Shown here: one piece after another, positions 1 to 9,949 of the stretch
Layout of the letters: each line of letters starts with the position of its first letter
How positions within the stretch are numbered: position 1 is the stretch's first letter
Source: Verrucomicrobiales bacterium
GTDB taxonomy: Bacteria > Verrucomicrobiota > Verrucomicrobiia > Verrucomicrobiales > V1-33
DNA length: 64,000 bases
Assembly: GCA_031411295.1 (NCBI GenBank)
Contig: JANOAV010000181.1
Span: 33,446 to 97,445, forward strand
Direction: 5' to 3'
Made by a program: the position numbers and the translations under genes
Notes under the pieces: model-generated
Told to the model about the DNA's origin: nothing
The model's input: only the letters and a program-made list of their open reading frames with translations
Database searches by the model: none

Positions 1-3000
1 GATAGTTATTTGCGGAATGTGGATGGCGTCACGAACCCAGCCGGGGTGCGGCCTCAGCGCTTCACACAAGCCGCCGTCTATGATGTGAACCCTGCCACTG
101 GTCGCGCCAGCTTCAGCAGTGCACCCACGCAGGTGCTGCGCTCCGCCACGCATGTGCGAGGACAGAGTTCCTCCGGCCAGGCCGAGCGGCCTTACTCGTT
201 GGAGTTCTGGAAAGAAGATGAGGACACAGACCGGGATGAACCGCTCCTGGGCATGCCTTCCCACAGTGATTGGGTGCTCATGACGTTGACGTTGGACAAA
301 TCCATGATGCGAAACTACATCATGCAGCAGGCGATGTTGGATGCCAACGGACCGGGTGCAGGCGTGCGCTGTCGCTTTGTGGAAGTGTTCTTTAACCAGG
401 GCAATAGCACGCTGGATTACGCGGACTACCGGGGCGTCTATTTGCTCATGGAAAAAGTGGGCCGAGCCAAGGAGCGCACGAACCTTGCCAAACTGAACGA
501 CAGTATGAGCGATCCATCGTTGATCAATGGTGGCTTCATTTTCAAGAACGACAAAACGCCCTACGAATATAAAATCAACGCCACCTCGAACGCGGCTATC
601 CCCGGTTCCAGCAGGGATTACGATATCTACGATCCCGAACCAGTCACCACCCTGCAGGCCAATGCGTTGGTGAATTACTTGAATCAAATGACCACCGCGC
701 TGGCCTCCGCCACCTACAATGATCCCGCCAGTGCCAACTATTATGGCAAGTGGTTGGATGAACGCAGCTTCATCGACAAGACGCTCTGGTATGAGTTCTG
801 CAAGGAAGTGGATGCCTATACTTTCAGTTACTACTTCTCCAAGGATCGCAACGGCCCCATGAGCGCTTTTCCCTTCTGGGACGTGGATCGCAGCTTGGGA
901 AACAGCAATTATGCGAGTTCCAACGCCACCTTCGGCTTCAAGTGGTGGGTGGCTGGCAGCAACTACACTTACTACACGCGACTCGATGATGATGCGGAAT
1001 TCAACGACCGCTATTGGAATCGCTGGACCGCACTCAGGCGCTCCATTTTCGCCAAGAGCACGTTATTTAACCGGATCGAAGGCGTGTATAGCCAACTCAC
1101 GGAAAACAGCACCGCAGACATTGTCAACACCGCCAGCGTAGCCACGATGGCCATTCAGGTTCCTGCTGCGCGTCATTATCGGAAGTATCCGATCTTGGGG
1201 ACGAATTCTTTTACCGGTGGGCAAGGCGCGCAAGTGGATCACAACACGTGGCGCAAGGAAGTGGATGCCATGAAGACCTGGATTTCCGAACGCTTGGAGT
1301 GGTTGGATGGGGCTCCGCAAACCACGAGCACCACCGTCCTGGCACCACGCCTGAAGCCCACGGAAATCATAAATGCGGCCACTGGGCTGCCGCAGTTCGG
1401 CGGTAATGTGCCGGTGGGCTATCAGTATCAAATCGAAAATCCCAACAGTGCTGGCGGCACGGTTTATTACACCGTGGATGGCGCTGATCCCCGCCAGACA
1501 GGCGGCACGTTAAACCCTGCCGCACTCACAGCGACCACGAAAACCGTCTCCGCCAGCACCCTGATGCCAAATGCGCAAACTTGGAAATGGCTGCTGCCGA
1601 CCGCCGCTCCTGCCAATGACACCAACGGAGCCGTTTGGACTGCGGAAGCATTTCTGGAGAGTGCTTGGAGCAGTGGTGTAGCTCCGTTAGGATACTACAA
1701 GCCCGGCACCACCACGGGATTGACCGCCGTAATCGCAACCCCTGCGCCTACCTATGCCAATGCCCTTAATGCCGCCGGCACCGGAGAACCGGGAGCCGCC
1801 TATTTTCGGACCACGTTTACTGCCACGGGAACTCCCAGCCTAACCAGTGCGCAATTTGAAATCCAAGCGGACGATGGAGCGGTGATTTTTCTCAACGGGG
1901 TTGAAGTGGCAAGATTCAATTATCCATTGGCCCCGACCGTTCCTGCCTACGGCACCGAGGCGTTAGGCCCGATTGATAATGGAAATAACTACGCTCCCAT
2001 TGAAAGCACATTTTTCAATGTGCCGTTCGACAAAACGAAGCTCAGGGATGGCGTGAACACGCTGGCGGTCGAAGTCCACCAGGCCAACTATTCGTTCCCG
2101 CCCAATCCCACCAACGTTTATCCGCGCAATGATTTCTCCGACCTGCGCTTCGACATGAAAATCACTGGATTCACCTCCAGCGCAGTTGGTCCGGCTTACA
2201 CGCTGGCCTCCGCCGGGACTCACGTAGTGCGGACCCGGATTCAGAATGGCACCACTTGGTCGCCCCTCACAGAAGCAGTATTCGTAGTCGGCGGCACGGC
2301 TCCGGTGGCTGGGGAATTGGTGGTAAGTCAATTGCACTATCATCCTACCGATCCCACGCCCGCTGAGTTGGCGCTGGGTTATAACAAGGAAAATGATTTC
2401 GAGTTCATTGAATTGATGAACATTTCCAATCATCCGCTCGACCTCAGCGGCGTGTTGTTTGAAGGCGCGGTGGTCTTTAATTTTGCCGGAGCCTCCCCTG
2501 CCGCACGTTATTTGGTGCCCGGGGCTCGCGTGTTGGTGGTGGAAAATGTGACCGCCTTCACTTCCCGACTTCCCAGTGGCGCGAATCCTTTAGTAGCCGG
2601 GGCTTACGGTGGAAATTTCGCAAATGATACCGAGGAAATCATTCTCAAAAATGGGGCCTCAGAGTTACTTCGTTTCACCTACTTCGACAGCAAACCCTGG
2701 CCGAAACAAGCCGACGGTTCCGGTCCCAGCTTGGTGCTGAATTTGCCCTTCACGAATCCCAATCACAATAATCCACTCAATTGGCGTCCAAGCTTCATCA
2801 GCAATGGATCTCCCGGTGCCGCCGATGCGCCAGCCTTCACAGGCTCATGGAATGCCGACACCGATAACGACGGCTACACCGATGGAGTTACTTATGCCAC
2901 CGGCTTAACTGCCAGCGGAGCGCCTCCAGTCACTCAAGCCACCGAAGCCCGCACAATTGCACCTTCGTTAACCCCAGCGGACTACCTCATCATCCGCTGC

Positions 3001-3210
3001 GTGCGCAAACTTAATACCGATGCCCTCATCCAGCCCGAATGGTGTGATGACCTCAGTTCCTGGACCACTAACGGTCTGATCTATGAAGGCGTGGACACCA
3101 CTCCCGCCAACACGCCAGCGGGCACCGCCATCCTCATTTTCCGCAGCGCAGATCCCTTATCTACAGCCACCACCCGTCAGTTCCTGCGCACCAAAGTGAC
3201 GGGGTATTGA
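1..3210 (+). CDS. Secreted CotH-kinase family protein with lamin-tail (LTD) and beta-sandwich modules; 5'-truncated by the window edge
   Basis: Frame 1 is open from base 1 (DSYLRNVD..., matching DSFLNNID in the paralog at 52755-57407). CotH-like motifs HVRGQSS, DWVL, YRGVYLLMEK, WDVDRSLGN; LTD motif LVVSQLHYHP...FEFIELMN. Confidence 0.85.
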   Translation, partial: DSYLRNVDGVTNPAGVRPQRFTQAAVYDVNPATGRASFSSAPTQVLRSATHVRGQSSSGQAERPYSLEFWKEDEDTDRDEPLLGMPSHSDWVLMTLTLDKSMMRNYIMQQAMLDANGPGAGVRCRFVEVFFNQGNSTLDYADYRGVYLLMEKVGRAKERTNLAKLNDSMSDPSLINGGFIFKNDKTPYEYKINATSNAAIPGSSRDYDIYDPEPVTTLQANALVNYLNQMTTALASATYNDPASANYYGKWLDERSFIDKTLWYEFCKEVDAYTFSYYFSKDRNGPMSAFPFWDVDRSLGNSNYASSNATFGFKWWVAGSNYTYYTRLDDDAEFNDRYWNRWTALRRSIFAKSTLFNRIEGVYSQLTENSTADIVNTASVATMAIQVPAARHYRKYPILGTNSFTGGQGAQVDHNTWRKEVDAMKTWISERLEWLDGAPQTTSTTVLAPRLKPTEIINAATGLPQFGGNVPVGYQYQIENPNSAGGTVYYTVDGADPRQTGGTLNPAALTATTKTVSASTLMPNAQTWKWLLPTAAPANDTNGAVWTAEAFLESAWSSGVAPLGYYKPGTTTGLTAVIATPAPTYANALNAAGTGEPGAAYFRTTFTATGTPSLTSAQFEIQADDGAVIFLNGVEVARFNYPLAPTVPAYGTEALGPIDNGNNYAPIESTFFNVPFDKTKLRDGVNTLAVEVHQANYSFPPNPTNVYPRNDFSDLRFDMKITGFTSSAVGPAYTLASAGTHVVRTRIQNGTTWSPLTEAVFVVGGTAPVAGELVVSQLHYHPTDPTPAELALGYNKENDFEFIELMNISNHPLDLSGVLFEGAVVFNFAGASPAARYLVPGARVLVVENVTAFTSRLPSGANPLVAGAYGGNFANDTEEIILKNGASELLRFTYFDSKPWPKQADGSGPSLVLNLPFTNPNHNNPLNWRPSFISNGSPGAADAPAFTGSWNADTDNDGYTDGVTYATGLTASGAPPVTQATEARTIAPSLTPADYLIIRCVRKLNTDALIQPEWCDDLSSWTTNGLIYEGVDTTPANTPAGTAILIFRSADPLSTATTRQFLRTKVTGY

Positions 3211-3266
3211 AGGTGGATTGGTGAATTGCCAAGAGTCTCAACACATACTGACCTCAGCATGTTCCT

Positions 3267-3354
3267 CCGCTTAAAAGCATGAGTCCAACTCATGTTCCAG
3301 AAACGCTCCGTAGCATGCTCCGCAACATACGTTGGAGTCCCGACCTTTAGGCGG
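3267..3354. repeat. Degenerate inverted-repeat pair (REP-like remnant)
   Basis: ccgcttaaaagcatgagtccaac (3267-3289) is an imperfect reverse complement of gttggagtcccgacctttaggcgg (3331-3354). Confidence 0.35.
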
Positions 3355-3870
3355 GGCAACATGATGAGCCGCCGCACGCTCCGACCACAGCATGTGGGGG
3401 CAAAGGAAAGAAACTGCATCGAAAGTCCAACAACAGAATCTCTGCGTCCCGCAGCGTCCTCTGCGGTTAAACTGGATCTGTCAGGAAGCCGGAACCAATG
3501 ATCCGCCAGATCCAGAGCTAATGGGATACTCAAATAGGTGTGCAGGAACATCCTGCAACCATCAGCCATCAATGGATCCGAACAAGAGGTTTTCGGGTGG
3601 TTGAGGCATTTGAATCATTGGATAGAGGGGATACCAAAAGTAAGTGGCTTAACGCTGCGGTGGGTGCTCGGCTTTTGGCTGGATTTGGCCACGAGGATCA
3701 CAAAATATACAGGTTGGAAATCAAGTTTTCCACGGCTTCAGATCGACCGCAGATGCCATGGGAGTAACGGCAGTTAACGCGAATGCGAGGTCCGTGACGG
3801 TGGATTTCCGGCTTCTCCTGCGGAAAATTGCACCCACTTCAAACTCGTCAAACTCGCGAATCCCCCATCC

Positions 3871-5241
3871 ATGAACCGTCGTCATTTCCTAACCACCAGT
3901 GCGGCCGCAGGGCTTGCTCCGTCATTGTTGGCGCAGCAGTCGCCCATGCTCCCCGCGCAGGCGAAGTCAGTGATTATTTTCGTGACTCAGGGCGGCATGA
4001 GTCAGATGGATACCTTTGATCCGAAGCCAGCGTTGGATCGCTACGACGGCAAGAAACTCACTCCGGAAATCATGCCGGGCATTGGGGAAGTGAAAACGTT
4101 CTTCGGCGGCAAGGACGGCTCGCCCATCATGCGCAGCCCCTACAAATTCACCCAGCGTGGTCAGTGCGGTATGGAAGTCTCCGAGCTGTTTTCAGCGCTG
4201 GGCGATTGCGTGGACGACATGTGTTTCGTGCGTTCACTAACATGCGATTCCAACAGTCACACTCCCGCCATGTTTCAGATGAACACCGGCAGCATTCAGC
4301 AGGGCTTCCCCTCGCTGGGTGCGTGGTTGCTCTATGGCCTGGGCAGCGAGAACGCGGACCTGCCAGGCTTCTGCGTCATGGTGCAGAAGAACGCGTTGGT
4401 GAATGGAGGTCCCGTCAACTGGGGCGCGGGCTTCCTTGGGGCAACGTTTCAAGGAACCTATCTCCGCAGCGGCACCACGCCCATTTTGCATCTGGAAGCA
4501 CCCAAAGATTTCCCTCCAGCGGCCCAGCAAGGCAGCCTGGAATTCCTCCGCGCGTTGAATCAGGAGCACCTCAAAGGACGCGAGGACGATACGAATCTCC
4601 ATGCTCGACTAGCAAGTTATGATTTGGCCCTGCGCATGCAGGAGAAGATGCCCGCAGCCGTTAACATCGATGAGGAAAGCGAGGAAACGAAGAAACTTTA
4701 CGGCCTCGACGATCCCGATTCCGAGGACACCGGGCGGAAGTGCCTGCTGGCGCGTCGGTTAGTAGAACGCGGTGTGCGTGTGGTGCAGATTTACAGCGGC
4801 TCAGCCCAATGCGGCGGCGCATGGGATGCCCACAGCGATCTGAAGAACGGCCATCGCAAATGCGCCAAATCGATTGATCGCCCCGTAGCCGGATTGCTGC
4901 GGGATTTGAAAGCCCGTGGATTGCTCTCGCAAACCCTGGTCGTGGGACTCAGCGAATTCGGCCGCATGCCCATTTCCCAAGGCGGCAGTGGTCGCGACCA
5001 CAACCCCGCCGCGCAAACTGCGTGGCTGGCCGGAGCCGGCATCAAGGCCGGAACTGTCGTGGGCGGCACGGACGAACTCGGGTATCGCGCGGTGGAATCG
5101 CCCTATCACATGCGGGATTTGCACGCCACCATCCTGCGACTCATGGGCTTGGACGACATGCGCCTGACCTACTATTTCAACGGCAGAAATTATCGTCTCA
5201 CCGAAAATGGCGGCCAACTGATTGCCCAGGCTCTGACATGA
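3871..5241 (+). CDS. DUF1501 domain protein with Tat signal
   Basis: MNRRHFL twin-arginine leader; AKSVIIFVTQGGMSQMDTFDPKP, ARRLVERGVR, WDAH, EFGR, GRDH motifs typical of PVC DUF1501 proteins. Confidence 0.9.
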   Translation: MNRRHFLTTSAAAGLAPSLLAQQSPMLPAQAKSVIIFVTQGGMSQMDTFDPKPALDRYDGKKLTPEIMPGIGEVKTFFGGKDGSPIMRSPYKFTQRGQCGMEVSELFSALGDCVDDMCFVRSLTCDSNSHTPAMFQMNTGSIQQGFPSLGAWLLYGLGSENADLPGFCVMVQKNALVNGGPVNWGAGFLGATFQGTYLRSGTTPILHLEAPKDFPPAAQQGSLEFLRALNQEHLKGREDDTNLHARLASYDLALRMQEKMPAAVNIDEESEETKKLYGLDDPDSEDTGRKCLLARRLVERGVRVVQIYSGSAQCGGAWDAHSDLKNGHRKCAKSIDRPVAGLLRDLKARGLLSQTLVVGLSEFGRMPISQGGSGRDHNPAAQTAWLAGAGIKAGTVVGGTDELGYRAVESPYHMRDLHATILRLMGLDDMRLTYYFNGRNYRLTENGGQLIAQALT

Positions 5242-5260
5242 AAAGCCACCCACCCAAGGA

Positions 5261-5281
5261 GGAGGGCTTTGCAAGCCCTCC
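5261..5281. repeat. Perfect 9-bp hairpin (possible terminator, stabiliser or REP-like unit)
   Basis: GGAGGGCTT-TGC-AAGCCCTCC 20 nt after the DUF1501 stop; no U-tract; on the minus strand it begins with GTGG like the REP-like units near 48.5 kb. Confidence 0.45.
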
Positions 5282-5350
5282 ACAACATGCTTATCCGCCA
5301 AGCCTGCCGAGGGAAGAGGGCGCTCCTGTCACCATTACAACTCACCCGCC

Positions 5351-6391
5351 ATGCTGAAATCCACCTTTAAATTCCTGGCCCTGACGCTGCTAGCATCCAC
5401 CAGCCTAGCTCTGGCCGCAGAGACTTCTGCCGACGTCTCTAAACTCGCTAACGAAGTGCGCACCAAAGGCTGGATTGCGTTCCCGGCTCGCTCCGCCGCA
5501 GGCGATTGGGATTTGTTTCTCATGCGCTCGGATGGTTCCGAGCGACGCAACATCACCAACACGCCAAACATCAACGAATCCTATCCACTCTTCTCGCGCG
5601 ATGGTTCACGCCTGCTGTTCCGCCGTTTACCCAAGAGCGAAACGATTGATGGTAATCGCTACGGAGACCAAGGTGTGCCGGTCATCGCGAAAGCCAACGG
5701 AACCGATCCCAAGGAGTTAGGCAAGGAAGGAGACTTGCCGTGGGCCAGTTGGAGTTCGGATGGGAAAAAGTTCGCCTGTTTGTCACTGAAAGGAATTTCC
5801 TTCGTCGATGCCGAGACCGGCAAAACGCTGCGCACCTTGAAACGGAATGGCTTCTTTCAACAGCTAATTTGGTCGCCCGATGGCAAATGGCTCAGTGGCG
5901 TCTCCAACGCGTTTGGAGCCGGTTGGATGGTGGCCCGCATGAATGTGGAAACGGGCGAAGCCAACGCCGTGAGTCAGCAGGACAACTGCACGCCCGATTG
6001 GTTTCCTGACAGCAAACGCATGATCTTCTCCAACCGTCACGCATCGGATGTTAGTCTCGGCAAGACCGGCTGGACCCAGCTCTGGATGGCAGATCCAGAT
6101 GGCCAGCATCTTCAGTTAGTCTATGCTGAAGATGGTCGCCACATTTACGGCGGACACATTTCCCCAGATGGAAACTACGTCCTCTTTACCGGCAACCCTC
6201 AGGAGGATGGCGATCCCGCCAATGGCGGAGCCCCCATGGCTCTCATGCGGGTGGCAGATGCGCCAATCCTCGGCAAGGAAACGCCTACCCTGCGCAAACT
6301 CCATCCCAACGCCAAGACCGGCCCCGTGCTGCCACTTCCCGCAGGCTGGGAACCATGTTGGACCGCAGCGGAAATCACCTTTGCCAAATGA
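5351..6391 (+). CDS. Secreted TolB-like (PD40/WD40-like) beta-propeller protein
   Basis: Signal peptide; repeated FSRDG / WSSDG / WSPDG / WFPDS / ISPDG blade motifs. Confidence 0.8.
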   Translation: MLKSTFKFLALTLLASTSLALAAETSADVSKLANEVRTKGWIAFPARSAAGDWDLFLMRSDGSERRNITNTPNINESYPLFSRDGSRLLFRRLPKSETIDGNRYGDQGVPVIAKANGTDPKELGKEGDLPWASWSSDGKKFACLSLKGISFVDAETGKTLRTLKRNGFFQQLIWSPDGKWLSGVSNAFGAGWMVARMNVETGEANAVSQQDNCTPDWFPDSKRMIFSNRHASDVSLGKTGWTQLWMADPDGQHLQLVYAEDGRHIYGGHISPDGNYVLFTGNPQEDGDPANGGAPMALMRVADAPILGKETPTLRKLHPNAKTGPVLPLPAGWEPCWTAAEITFAK

Positions 6392-6858
6392 AACTCCACC
6401 ACCTGATCCTCATCGCGCTGGCATTCATCGGACTAACCGCCTGCGAAAAGAAATCGGCCGCAGCGGCCGCGCCCGATCCCCATCTCGCCACCCAAGGCAC
6501 CATCGAAGTAACCGCCCGCCTCCTGGAAATCCCGGAAGGAGCCATCTTCCAACGCGATCTCTACGATTACGCTGCCATTTTGAAATACGAGGTAGTCACC
6601 GTCCACCGAGGCTCTCTTGAGAAAGGCACCACCATCTACATCGGTCATTACAACCCCACCAAACCAAGGTCCGAAGCCGCCGACAAACGCGTCAAAGACC
6701 TCGGCGGAAACCTCCGCCAATTTCGCACCGGAGACCTCCACCACATGGCCCTGGAAACACCCATGGACGAACACTACCTCGGCGGCATCGTGGACAAATA
6801 TTTCGGCAAACACCAAGGCCCCACCCACTGGGCCGTATGGACGGACTTGGAGAAGTGA
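6388..6858 (+). CDS. Hypothetical lipoprotein
   Basis: ATG at 6388 overlaps the upstream stop (ATGA); MKLHHLILIALAFIGLTAC has a lipobox. Confidence 0.75.
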   Translation: MKLHHLILIALAFIGLTACEKKSAAAAAPDPHLATQGTIEVTARLLEIPEGAIFQRDLYDYAAILKYEVVTVHRGSLEKGTTIYIGHYNPTKPRSEAADKRVKDLGGNLRQFRTGDLHHMALETPMDEHYLGGIVDKYFGKHQGPTHWAVWTDLEK

Positions 6859-6881
6859 AGGTTAAAGCTGTGCATCAATCA

Positions 6882-6911
6882 TTGACAATTGCATCTGATG
6901 CTGATTATCTT
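6882..6911 (+). promoter_or_regulatory. Sigma70-type promoter of the TA operon with palindromic operator; probably leaderless mRNA
   Basis: TTGACA (6882-6887), 18-nt spacer, TATCTT (6906-6911); palindrome GCATC-T-GATGC (6891-6901) lies in the spacer; ATG at 6917 follows the -10 by only 5 nt. Confidence 0.6.
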
Positions 6912-6916
6912 ACCTG

Positions 6917-7159
6917 ATGAGAACCACCCTAGATATTGATTTGGATGTTCTAAAGGCAGCTAAAGAAATGGCCATTAGGACAAAGCGCACATGTGGCCAA
7001 GTCCTATCTGATTTGGCTCGGAATTCCCTAGTCGGAAACAAGTCTTCCAGAAATGTCTCTCCTGTCCTGGTGAACGGTTTTGAGATCTTACACGCGGACG
7101 ATCGAGTAGTTACTCCGGAACTCGTGCAAAAACTCATGGAGGAATCAGATCTGCCATGA
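6917..7159 (+). CDS. vapB: VapB-like antitoxin (ribbon-helix-helix)
   Basis: 80 aa with MRTTLDIDLDVLKAAKEMA RHH-type start; overlaps the PIN gene by ATGA. Confidence 0.8.
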   Translation: MRTTLDIDLDVLKAAKEMAIRTKRTCGQVLSDLARNSLVGNKSSRNVSPVLVNGFEILHADDRVVTPELVQKLMEESDLP

Positions 7160-7584
7160 TCGCTTTGCTGGATGCCAATATGTTGATCGCCCTATTCGAT
7201 GCGGCTCATATTCACCATCGAGACGCGCACACTTGGCTTGCTAAGAATCGATCCCGCGGTTGGGCTACCTGTCCGCTTACCCAAAATGCCTGCGTCCGCA
7301 TCATTTCGCAGGCAAATTACCCCGGTCGCTTGCCAATTGCCGACATTACACGTCGCCTGAGTCAAGCCACGTCCGCGGTCGATCATCATTTCTGGCTGGA
7401 TGATGTGAGCATCTGTGATACCGCATTGTTCGACTACTCGGTAATGCTAACGTCGCGCCATTTAACAGACCACTATCTGCTTGCTTTGGCTATGACTCGA
7501 AAAGGTTGCTTGGTCACGTTTGACAAAGGCATCCTTTTACCCCCGGTGCGTGGTGCGACTTCAAGGAACCTGCTCGTTCTTTGA
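7156..7584 (+). CDS. vapC: VapC PIN-domain ribonuclease toxin
   Basis: ALLDANMLIAL...LTDHYLLALA...LVTFDK PIN acidic motifs; translationally coupled to the antitoxin. Confidence 0.85.
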   Translation: MIALLDANMLIALFDAAHIHHRDAHTWLAKNRSRGWATCPLTQNACVRIISQANYPGRLPIADITRRLSQATSAVDHHFWLDDVSICDTALFDYSVMLTSRHLTDHYLLALAMTRKGCLVTFDKGILLPPVRGATSRNLLVL

Positions 7585-7630
7585 CTCGACTAACTCACCA
7601 AAGCCAACGAATAACACAGGAGTCCACTGC

Positions 7631-9937
7631 ATGAAACATTTCCTGCTCCCCCTCCAATTGCTGGCACTGACATGCTCAGTGGCTGGGGAGATTGATTTTC
7701 ATGATCAGGTGAAGCCGTTGCTGGCGGTGCACTGCGTGAAGTGTCATGGGGCGGAGGAGGCGAAGGGTGGGTTGCGATTGAATACTGCGGAAGCGGCTTT
7801 GCGCGGTGGGGAATCGGGGGCGGTGATTGTTCCAGGCGCGGCTGCGCAGAGTGAGTTGATCAAGCGCATTTCATCACATGAGGCCGATGAACAAATGCCC
7901 CCGAAAGGCGCCCGGCTCACGATTAGCGAGATTTCCACGCTGCGTCAATGGATCGATGAAGGTGCCAAATGGCCGACGGAAGATCGCTATTGGGCATTCC
8001 AACCCCTACGGGAAATGGCGGTGCCTGCGGGAAAGGAAGCGAATCCGATTGATCGGTTCATTGGGGCGCGGTTGGCCGGAGAAGGTATTTCCCCAGTGCC
8101 TCAAGCGGAGGCGCGGACGTTGCTGCGACGGGCTTGCTTTGACTTGCTAGGAATGCCACCGACTCCGGAGGAAGCGGACGCGCTGCTGAAACTTTCATTT
8201 CCACAACAAGTGGACAAGTTGCTGGCGGACTCACGCTACGGTGAGCGCTGGGCTCGGCATTGGCTGGATGTGGTGCGTTACGCGGAGAGCAATGGCTATG
8301 AGGATGACAAGCTGCGGCCCCATGCATGGCGGTATCGGGATTATGTGATTCGGGCGCTGAATGACGACAAGCCTTATGATCGCTTCGTGCAGGAGCAGAT
8401 CGCTGGGGACGAGATGTGGCCGGAGGAGCCGGATGCTTGGATCGCGACTGGATTCGCTCGGTTAGGGGCTTGGGATGGCATGTCCAAGGAGCCGGAGAAG
8501 CAACGGCAGGATTTTCTGAATGATGCCACGGACGCAGTGGGCGCGGCGTTTCTGGGGATGACGCTGGGCTGCGCGCGCTGCCATGATCACAAATACGATG
8601 CCATTTCCCACAAGGATTATTACGCCATGCAGGCCTTCTTTGCCGGGGCGCAGCGCGAGACTCCCACGATGAATGTGCCGCCGGTGGAACCGGAGTTTGT
8701 GACGAAGGCCTATCGGCTAGATCACGCGGAGCTGACGAAATTGTGCCAGGAAAGGGAGTCGCTCTGGGCGGCCTCCAAGAAGGCTTTGGAGACTTCAGAC
8801 AAAAAGAAGATCGAGGATGATGCGGTGCGGAAACAAGCGGAGAAATCGCATCCCGGCCAACTCGAAAAACTGGACGCAGCCATCAAGCCATTGGAAGCAC
8901 GCATCCGATTCCATGAGCCGAAAGCGGAGGCCGTGACGGGCGGAGCGGAAAAGATTCACCTGCTGAAAGGGGGCGAGCTTTCCCGTCGAGGCGATGAAAT
9001 TGCCCCTGGCTTCATCATTGCGATGACGCGCCCGAACGAGCCTGCTGCCGAGCCAAAACGCACTGCCTTGGCGCGCTGGCTCACGAAACCAGAGCATCCG
9101 CTGACGGCCAGGGTGATGGTGAATCGCGTCTGGCAGCATCATTTCGGAATCGGGTTAGTCGCCACGGCATCCGACTTCGGTCGCAATGGCCAACGGCCCA
9201 CGCATCCGGAGTTAATGGACTGGCTGGCGGCCGAGTTCATTCGCTCCGGCTGGAGTGTGAAGCACCTGCATCGCCTGATCATGACCAGCGCAGCTTATCA
9301 ACGCGCCTCCATTGCCAGCGATGCCGCCGTAGCCAAAGATCCGCAGGATAAACTTTACTGGCGCTACCGTCGTCAGCGATTGGAAGGTGAGGCGATTCGC
9401 GATACCATCCTGAGCGTGAGCGGCACGCTGAATCCAGCCATGGGTGGGCCCGGCGTCTATGCCAAGCTGCCGCAGGGTATCAACGTTGAGTTTCCCAACA
9501 ACGACAAGGAACTCAGTTGGGGAACCGGCAGTGAAGCAGATGATCGCAGGCGCAGCATCTATCTTTTCCAGCGCAGGACGCTCACGTTCCCGCTGCTGGA
9601 AGTGTTCGATAGCGCGCCCATGAATCAATCCTGTGCCGCCCGCCCCCAAACCACCGTAGCCCCGCAAGCCCTGGCGTTGTTCAATGGCGAGTTCGCCCGC
9701 GAGCAGGCAGGACATTTCGCAGAGCGCCTGGTTAAGGAAGCCGGCAACGAGCCCGGGAAGCAAATCGAGCGTGCCTATCGCATTGCGTTCACCCGTGAAC
9801 CCAGCGCTGTGGAGAAAAGCATGGCGCTAAAGTTTTTGGCAACGCAGCAAACTGTTCGACTGGGCGATCCGACGTTAGCGTTGGCGGATTTCTGTCATGC
9901 TTTACTCAACGCCAGTGAACTGATTTTCGTTGACTGA
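7631..9937 (+). CDS. Planctomycete cytochrome c (PSCyt1) + DUF1549/DUF1553 (PSD1) protein
   Basis: Likely start MKHFLL at 7631; CVKCH and CARCHDHK heme motifs; YGERWARHWLDVVRYAES, HPLTARVMVNRVWQHHFG, PTHPELMDWLA. Confidence 0.9.
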   Translation: MKHFLLPLQLLALTCSVAGEIDFHDQVKPLLAVHCVKCHGAEEAKGGLRLNTAEAALRGGESGAVIVPGAAAQSELIKRISSHEADEQMPPKGARLTISEISTLRQWIDEGAKWPTEDRYWAFQPLREMAVPAGKEANPIDRFIGARLAGEGISPVPQAEARTLLRRACFDLLGMPPTPEEADALLKLSFPQQVDKLLADSRYGERWARHWLDVVRYAESNGYEDDKLRPHAWRYRDYVIRALNDDKPYDRFVQEQIAGDEMWPEEPDAWIATGFARLGAWDGMSKEPEKQRQDFLNDATDAVGAAFLGMTLGCARCHDHKYDAISHKDYYAMQAFFAGAQRETPTMNVPPVEPEFVTKAYRLDHAELTKLCQERESLWAASKKALETSDKKKIEDDAVRKQAEKSHPGQLEKLDAAIKPLEARIRFHEPKAEAVTGGAEKIHLLKGGELSRRGDEIAPGFIIAMTRPNEPAAEPKRTALARWLTKPEHPLTARVMVNRVWQHHFGIGLVATASDFGRNGQRPTHPELMDWLAAEFIRSGWSVKHLHRLIMTSAAYQRASIASDAAVAKDPQDKLYWRYRRQRLEGEAIRDTILSVSGTLNPAMGGPGVYAKLPQGINVEFPNNDKELSWGTGSEADDRRRSIYLFQRRTLTFPLLEVFDSAPMNQSCAARPQTTVAPQALALFNGEFAREQAGHFAERLVKEAGNEPGKQIERAYRIAFTREPSAVEKSMALKFLATQQTVRLGDPTLALADFCHALLNASELIFVD

Positions 9938-9949
9938 GCCAGCGCAATA

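Noticed and set aside
3392..3780. Short overlapping ORFs (70-79 aa) in the intergenic region
   Set aside because: No recognisable motif or clear start; may be a decayed gene fragment but this cannot be supported.
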